A DNA stretch of 64,000 bases from Balanoglossus misakiensis (lineage: Eukaryota; Animalia; Hemichordata), in the NCBI GenBank assembly GCA_040954595.2, contig CM082585.2, positions 10,767,995 to 10,831,994 on the forward strand, written 5' to 3'. Within the stretch, counting starts at the first letter, position 1. Every line of letters begins with the position of its first letter. Made by a program: the position numbers and the translations under genes. The notes beneath the pieces were generated by a model. The model was given only the letters and a program-made list of their open reading frames with translations. It searched no databases and had not been told where the DNA came from. Shown one piece after another: positions 55,601-64,000 of the stretch.

Positions 55601-58600
55601 GGGTTATAGCTCATGAAAATCATCCGAAAATGAGAATTTTTCGACTTTGCGGAATTTCAAAATTTGGCCGATTTTTGAAAAAATCATGGGTTATAGCTCA
55701 TGAAAATCATCCGAAAATGAGAATTTTTCGACTTTGCGGAATTTCAAAATTTGGCCGATTTTTGAAAAAATCATGGGTTATAGCTCATGAAAATCACCCA
55801 AAAATGAGAATTTTTCGACTTTGCGGAATTTCAAAATTTGGCCGATTTTTGTAAAAATCATGGGTTATAGCTCATGAAAATCATCCGAAAATGAGAATTT
55901 TTCGACTTTGCGGAATTTCAAAATTTGGCCGATTTTTGAAAAAATCATGGGTTATAGCTCATGAAAATCATTCGAAAATGAGAATTTTTCGACTTTGCGG
56001 AATTTCAAAATTTGGCCGATTTTTGAAAAAATCATGGGTTATAGCTCATGAAAATCATCCGAAAATGAGAATTTTTCGACTTTGCGGAATTTCAAAATTT
56101 GGCCGATTTTTGAAAAAATCATGGGTTATAGCTCATGAAAATCATCCAAAAATGAGAATTTTTCGACTTTGCGGAATTTCAAAATTTGGCCGATTTTTGA
56201 AAAAATCATGGGTTATAGCTCATGAAAATCATCCGAAAATGAGAATTTTTCGACTTTGCGGAATTTCAAAATTTGGCCGATTTTTGAAAAAATCATGGGT
56301 TATAGCTCATGAAAATCATCAAAAAATGACAATTTTTCGACTTTGCGAATTTTCAAATTGTGGCCGATTTTTGAAAAAATCATGGGTTATAGCTCATGAA
56401 AATCATTCGAAAATGAGAATTTTTCGATTTTGCGGAATTTCAAAATTTGGCCGATTTTTGAAAAAATCATGGGTTATAGCTCATGAAAATCATCCGAAAA
56501 TGAGAATTTTTCGACTTTGCGGAATTTCAAAATTTGGCCGATTTTTGAAAAAATCATGGGTTATAGCTCATGAAAATCATCCGAAAATGAGAATTTTTCG
56601 ACTTTGCGGAATTTCAAAATTTGGCCGATTTTTGAAAAAATCATGGGTTATAGCTCATGAAAATCATCCGAAAATGAGAATTTTTCGACTTTGCGGAATT
56701 TCAAAATTTGGCCGATTTTTGAAAAAATCATGGGTTATAGCTCATGAAAATCACCCAAAAATGAGAATTTTTCGACTTTGCGGAATTTCAAAATTTGGCC
56801 GATTTTTGTAAAAATCATGGGTTATAGCTCATGAAAATCATCCGAAAATGAGAATTTTTCGACTTTGCGGAATTTCAAAATTTGGCCGATTTTTGAAAAA
56901 ATCATGGGTTATAGCTCATGAAAATCATCCGAAAATGAGAATTTTTCGACTTTGCGGAATTTCAAAATTTGGCCGATTTTTGAAAAAATCATGGGTTATA
57001 GCTCATGAAAATCATTCGAAAATGTGAATTTTTCGATTTTGCGGTATTTCAAAATTTGGCCGATTTTTGAAAAAATCATGGGTTATAGCTCATGAAAATC
57101 ATTCGAAAATGAGAATTTTTCGACGTTGCGGAATTTCAAAATTTGGCCGATTTTTGAAAAAATCATGGGTTATAGCTCATGAAAATCATCCGAAAATGAG
57201 AATTTTTCGACTTTGCGGAATTTCAAAATTTGGCCGATTTTTGAAAAAATCATGGGTTATAGCTCATGAAAATCATCCGAAAATGAGAATTTTTCGACTT
57301 TGCGGAATTTCAAAAATTGGCCGATTTTTGAAAAAATCATGGGTTATAGCTCATGAAAATCATCCAAAAATGAGAATTTTTCGACTTTGCGGAATTTCAA
57401 AATTTGGCCGATTTTTGAAAAAATCATGGGTTATAGCTCATGAAAATCATCCGAAAATGAGAATTTTTCGACTTTGCGGAATTTCAAAATTTGGCCGATT
57501 TTTGAAAAAATCATGGGTTATAGCTCATGAAAATCATCCGAAAATGAGAATTTTTCGACTTTGCGGAATTTCAAATTTGGCCGATTTTTGAAAAAATCAT
57601 GGGTTATAGCTCATGAAAATCATTCGAAAATGAGAATTTTTCGATTTTGCGGAATTTCAAAATTTGGCCGATTTTTGAAAAAATCATGGGTTATAGCTCA
57701 TGAAAATCATCCGAAAATGAGAATTTTTCGACTTGGCGGAATTTCAAAATTTGGCCGATTTTTGAAAAAATCATGGGTTATAGCTCATGAAAATCATCCG
57801 AAAATGTGAATTTTTCGATTTTGCGGAATTTCAAAATTTGGCCGATTTTTGAAAAAATCATGGGTTATAGCTCATGAAAATCATTCGAAAATGAGAATTT
57901 TTCGACTTTGCGGAATTTCAAAATTTGGCCGATTTTTGAAAAAATCATGGGTTATAGCTCATGAAAATCATCCGAAAATGAGAATTTTTCGACTTTGAGG
58001 AATTTCAAAATTTGGCCGATTTTTGAAAAAATCATGGGTTATAGCTCATGAAAATCATCCAAAAATGAGAATTTTTCGACTTTGCGGAATTTCAAAATTT
58101 GGCCGATTTTTGAAAAAATCATGGGTTATAGCTCATGAAAATCATCCGAAAATGAGAATTTTTCGACTTTGCGGAATTTCAAAATTTGGCCGATTTTTGA
58201 AAAAATCATGGGTTATAGCTCATGAAAATCATCCGAAAATGAGAATTTTTCGACTTTGCGGAATTTCAAAATTTGGCCGATTTTTGAAAAAATCATGGGT
58301 TATAGCTCATGAAAATCATCCGAAAATGAGAATTTTTCGACTTTGCGGAATTTCAAAATTTGGCCGATTTTTGAAAAAATCATGGGTTATAGCTCATGAA
58401 AATCATTCGAAAATGTGAATTTTTCGATTTTGCGGTATTTCAAAATTTGGCCGATTTTTGAAAAAATCATGGGTTATAGCTCATGAAAATCATTCGAAAA
58501 TGAGAATTTTTCGACGTTGCGGAATTTCAAAATTTGGCCGATTTTTGAAAAAATCATGGGTTATAGCTCATGAAAATCATCCGAAAATGAGAATTTTTCG

Positions 58601-61600
58601 ACTTTGCGGAATTTCAAAATTTGGCCGATTTTTGAAAAAATCATGGGTTATAGCTCATGAAAATCATCCGAAAATGAGAATTTTTCGACTTTGCGGAATT
58701 TCAAAATTTGGCCGATTTTTGAAAAAATCATGGGTTATAGCTCATGAAAATCATCCGAAAATGAGAATTTTTCGACTTTGCGGAATTTCAAAAATTGGCC
58801 GATTTTTGAAAAAATCATGGGTTATAGCTCATGAAAATCATCCAAAAATGAGAATTTTTCGACTTTGCGGAATTTCAAAATTTGGCCGATTTTTGAAAAA
58901 ATCATGGGTTATAGCTCATGAAAATCATCCGAAAATGAGAATTTTTCGACTTTGCGGAATTTCAAAATTTGGCCGATTTTTGAAAAAATCATGGGTTATA
59001 GCTCATGAAAATCATCCGAAAATGAGAATTTTTCGACTTTGCGGAATTTCAAATTTGGCCGATTTTTGAAAAAATCATGGGTTATAGCTCATGAAAATCA
59101 TTCGAAAATGAGAATTTTTCGATTTTGCGGAATTTCAAAATTTGGCCGATTTTTGAAAAAATCATGGGTTATAGCTCATGAAAATCATCCGAAAATGAGA
59201 ATTTTTCGACTTTGCGGAATTTCAAAATTTGGCCGATTTTTGAAAAAATCATGGGTTATAGCTCATGAAAATCATCCGAAAATGAGAATTTTTCGACTTG
59301 GCGGAATTTCAAAATTTGGCCGATTTTTGAAAAAATCATGGGTTATAGCTCATGAAAATCATCCGAAAATGAGAATTTTTCGACTTTGCGGAATTTCAAA
59401 ATTTGGCCGATTTTTGAAAAAATCATGGGTTATAGCTCATGAAAATCATCCGAAAATGAGAATTTTTCGACTTTGCGGAATTTCAAAATTTGGCCGATTT
59501 TTGAAAAAATCATGGGTTATAGCTCATGAAAATCATCCAAAAATGAGAATTTTTCGACTTTGCGGAATTTCAAAATTTGGCCGATTTTTGAAAAAATCAT
59601 GGGTTATAGCTCATGAAAATCATCCGAAAATGAGAATTTTTCGACTTTGCGGAATTTCAAAATTTGGCCGATTTTTGAAAAAATCATGGGTTATAGCTCA
59701 TGAAAATCATCCGAAAATGAGAATTTTTCGACTTTGCGGAATTTCAAAATTTGGCCGATTTTTGAAAAAATCATGGGTTATAGCTCATGAAAATCATCCG
59801 AAAATGTGAATTTTTCGATTTTGCGGAATTTCAAAATTTGGCCGATTTTTGAAAAAATCATGGGTTATAGCTCATGAAAATCATTCGAAAATGAGAATTT
59901 TTCGACTTTGCGGAATTTCAAAATTTGGCCGATTTTTGAAAAAATCATGGGTTATAGCTCATGAAAATCATCCGAAAATGAGAATTTTTCGACTTTGAGG
60001 AATTTCAAAATTTGGCCGATTTTTGAAAAAATCATGGGTTATAGCTCATGAAAATCATCCAAAAATGAGAATTTTTCGACTTTGCGGAATTTCAAAATTT
60101 GGCCGATTTTTAAAAAAATCATGGGTTATAGCTCATGAAAATCATCCGAAAATGAGAATTTTTCGACTTTGCGGAATTTCAAAATTTGGCCGATTTTTGA
60201 AAAAATCATGGGTTATAGCTCATGAAAATCATCAAAAAATGACAATTTTTCGACTTTGCGAATTTTCAAATTGTGGCCGATTTTTGAAAAAATCATGGGT
60301 TATAGCTCATGAAAATCATTCGAAAATGAGAATTTTTCGATTTTGCGGAATTTCAAAATTTGGCCGATTTTTGAAAAAATCATGGGTTATAGCTCATGAA
60401 AATCATCCGAAAATGAGAATTTTTCGACTTTGCGGAATTTCAAAATTTGGCCGATTTTTGAAAAAATCATGGGTTATAGCTTATGAAAATCATCCGAAAA
60501 TGAGAATTTTTCGACTTTGCGGAATTTCAAAATTTGGCCGATTTTTGAAAAAATCATGGGTTATAGCTCATGAAAATCATCCGAAAATGAGAATTTTTCG
60601 ACTTTGCGGAATTTCAAAATTTGGCCGATTTTTAAAAAAATCATGGGTTATAGCTCATGAAAATCATCCGAAAATGAGAATTTTTCGACTTTGCGGAATT
60701 TCAAAATTTGGCCGATTTTTGAAAAAATCATGGGTTATAGCTCATGAAAATCATCCAAAAATGAGAATTTTTCGACTTTGCGGAATTTCAAAATTTGGCC
60801 GATTTTTGAAAAAATCATGGGTTATAGCTCATGAAAATCATCAAAAAATGACAATTTTTCGACTTTGCGAATTTTCAAATTTTGGCCGATTTTTGAAAAA
60901 ATCATGGGTTATAGCTCATGAAAATCATCCGAAAATGAGAATTTTTCGACTTTGCGGAATTTCAAAATTTGGCCGATTTTTGAAAAAATCATGGGTTATA
61001 GCTCATGAAAATCATCCGAAAATGAGAATTTTTCGACTTTGCGGAATTTCAAAATTTGGCCGATTTTTGAAAAAATCATGGGTTATAGCTCATGAAAATC
61101 ATCCGAAAATGAGAATTTTTCGACTTTGCGGAATTTCAAAATTTGGCCGATTTTTGAAAAAATCATGGGTTATAGCTCATGAAAATCATCCGAAAATGAG
61201 AATTTTTCGACTTTGCGGAATTTCAAAATTTGGCCGATTTTTGAAAAAATCATGGGTTATAGCTCATGAAAATCATTCGAAAATGAGAATTTTTCGACTT
61301 TGCGGAATTTCAAAATTTGGCCGATTTTTGAAAAAATCATGGGTTATAGCTCATGAAAATCATTCGAAAATGAGAATTTTTCGACTTTGCGGAATTTCAA
61401 AATTTGGCCGATTTTTGAAAAAATCATGGGTTATAGCTCATGAAAATCATCCGAAAATGAGAATTTTTCGACTTTGCGGAATTTCAAAATTTGGCCGATT
61501 TTTGAAAAAATCATGGGTTATAGCTCATGAAAATCATCCGAAAATGAGAATTTTTCGACTTTGCGGAATTTCAAAATTTGGCCGATTTTTGAAAAAATCA

Positions 61601-63556
61601 TGGGTTATAGCTCATGAAAATCATCAAAAAATGACAATTTTTCGACTTTGCGAATTTTCAAATTTTGGCCGATTTTTGAAAAAATCATGGGTTATAGCTC
61701 ATGAAAATCATTCGAAAATGAGAATTTTTCGATTTTGCGGAATTTCAAAATTTGGCCGATTTTTGAAAAAATCATGGGTTATAGCTCATGAAAATCATCC
61801 GAAAATGAGAATTTTTCGACTTTGCGGAATTTCAAAATTTGGCCGATTTTTGAAAAAATCATGGGTTATAGCTCATGAAAATCATCCGAAAATGAGAATT
61901 TTTCGACTTTGCGGAATTTCAAAATTTGGCCGATTTTTGAAAAAATCATGGGTTATAGCTCATGAAAATCATCCGAAAATGAGAATTTTTCGACTTTGCG
62001 GAATTTCAAAATTTGGCCGATTTTTGAAAAAATCATGGGTTATAGCTCATGAAAATCATCCGAAAATGAGAAGTTTTCGACTTTGCGGAATTTCAAAATT
62101 TGGCCGATTTTTAAAAAAATCATGGGTTATAGCTCATGAAAATCATCCGAAAATGAGAATTTTTCGACTTTGCGGAATTTCAAAATTTGGCCGATTTTTG
62201 AAAAAATCATGGGTTACAGCTCATGAAAATCATCCAAAAATGAGAATTTTTCGACTTTGCGGAATTTCAAAATTTGGCCGATTTTTGAAAAAATCATGGG
62301 TTATAGCTCATGAAAATCATCAAAAAATGACAATTTTTCGACTTTGCGAATTTTCAAATTTTGGCCGATTTTTGAAAAAATCATGGGTTATAGCTCATGA
62401 AAATCATCCGAAAATGAGAATTTTTCGACTTTGCGGAATTTCAAAATTTGGCCGATTTTTGAAAAAATCATGGGTTATAGCTCATGAAAATCATCCGAAA
62501 ATGAGAATTTTTCGACTTTGCGGAATTTCAAAATTTGGCCGATTTTTGAAAAAATCATGGGTTATAGCTCATGAAAATCATCCGAAAATGAGAATTTTTC
62601 GACTTTGCGGAATTTCAAAATTTGGCCGATTTTTGAAAAAATCATGGGTTATAGCTCATGAAAATCATTCGAAAATGTGAATTTTTCGATTTTGCGGAAT
62701 TTCAAAATTTGGCCGATTTTTGAAAAAATCATGGGTTATAGCTCATGAAAATCATTCGAAAATGAGAATTTTTCGACTTTGCGGAATTTCAAAATTTGGC
62801 CGATTTTTGAAAAAATCATGGGTTATAGCTCATGAAAATCATCCGAAAATGAGAATTTTTCGACTTTGCGGAATTTCAAAATTTGGCCGATTTTTGAAAA
62901 AATCATGGGTTATACCTCATGAAAATCATCCGAAAATGAGAATTTTTCGACTTTGCGGAATTTCAAAATTTGGCCGATTTTTGAAAAAATCATGGGTTAT
63001 AGCTCATGAAAATCATCAAAAAATGAGAATTTTTCGACTTTGCGGAATTTCAAAATTTGGCCGATTTTTGAAAAAATCATGGGTTATAGCTCATGAAAAT
63101 CATCCAAAAATGAGAATTTTTCGACTTTGCGGAATTTCAAAATTTGGCCGATTTTTGAAAAAATCATGGGTTATAGCTCATGAAAATCATCCGAAAATGA
63201 GAATTTTTCGACTTTGCGGAATTTCAAAATTTGGCCGATTTTTGAAAAAAACATGGGTTATAGCTCATGAAAATCATCCGAAAATGAGAATTTTTCGACT
63301 TTGCGGAATTTCAAAATTTGGCCGATTTTTGAAAAAATCATGGGTTATAGCTCATGAAAATCATTCGAAAATGAGAATTTTTCGATTTTGCGGAATTTCA
63401 AAATTTGGCCGATTTTTGAAAAAATCATGGGTTATAGCTCATGAAAATCATTCGAAAATGAGAAATTTTCGACTTTGCGGAATTTCAAAATTTGGCCGAT
63501 TTTTGAAAAAATCATGGGTTGTAGCTCATGAAAATCATCCGAAAATGAGAATTTTT
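40620..63556 (+). repeat. 87-bp AT-rich tandem satellite, ~263 monomers, highly homogeneous
   Basis: Consensus ATCATGGGTTATAGCTCATGAAAATCATCCGAAAATGAGAATTTTTCGACTTTGCGGAATTTCAAAATTTGGCCGATTTTTGAAAAA. The 29-aa periodicity in the ORF track confirms the unit length. Monomers are diverged at the left edge and the right end is abrupt. Confidence 0.99.
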
Positions 63557-64000
63557 ATTTGCACCGCAGCGGTGCAATTCTTATTTGCACCGCAGCGGTG
63601 CAAATAAGATCACCGCAGCGGTGCAAATAAGAGTTCCCTGCACCGCAACGATCTGACCGTTCTTTATTCACTCCTCGACGACAAAAACGTTTTATTACGG
63701 CCCAAATAACGACTTTTTCGCTTCTTGGTTGGACATGCGGACGGAAAGACACGGTTTTAGCGAGATTATCTTTCTCTCTCCTGAGCACTCCGTATTCAGA
63801 CTTGCCCAAGTGAACCGCGACAAAAAAATGACCAAGTTTCCCAGCATGTTTCTTATACCCGACAGATAAAAAACGCAGCATAGATATTGAAATGAATTGG
63901 ATTTATGAAAATGATAAAAATTACAATGATAATGTCGTTAAAAGTTCTCCAAAAAAAAAAAGAAATAGAAAAAAAAGTGGTCTCGAACCAACGTCATTTG
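63555..64000. mobile_element. Start of a probable non-autonomous element (Helentron/HINE-like or MITE) joined at a T-tract of the satellite; runs off the window
   Basis: The last monomer breaks at GAGAATTTTT and is followed directly by three copies of the palindrome core CACCGCAGCGGTG (fullest form TTATTTGCACCGCAGCGGTGCAAATAA), then unrelated sequence. The other end is not visible. Confidence 0.45.

Noticed and set aside
40909-63607. Very long ORFs (up to 885 aa) of repeated MRIFRLCGISKFGRFLKKSWVIAHENHPK
   Set aside because: 87 is divisible by 3 and one frame happens to lack stops. Stop codons and frameshifting indels are freely propagated by the duplications, and variants show no bias to synonymous sites. 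This is satellite DNA, not a repeat protein.

Overview
Eukaryotic, intron-rich, AT-rich animal DNA. Gene content and repeat style suggest a marine invertebrate, perhaps a hemichordate or echinoderm (inference only). From left to right the window holds: a possible decayed Toll-like receptor remnant (~1.1-2.8 kb, minus); a complete 10-exon esterase D / S-formylglutathione hydrolase gene (minus) head-to-head with a ~19-exon amino-acid-permease-like gene (plus); a ~10 kb stretch with no recognisable coding sequence; a class A GPCR with an uninterrupted CDS; two tandem 7-exon HSL/GDXG-family alpha/beta hydrolases (minus); a 3.85 kb non-autonomous TIR element (CACA...TGTG ends, TA flanks) swollen by a 25-bp palindromic minisatellite; and a single-exon Spot14/MID1IP1-family gene with a long G-U-rich hairpin downstream. 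The last ~23 kb is a homogeneous 87-bp satellite. It begins with a fold-back, shows nested block duplications and a duplicated TACATGTA insert, and is cut off at the right by a palindrome-headed element. The long ORFs in both tandem arrays are artefacts of repeat periodicity. I found no clearly new protein system; the least explained features are the satellite architecture, the transposon-borne minisatellite and the hairpin behind the Spot14-family gene.
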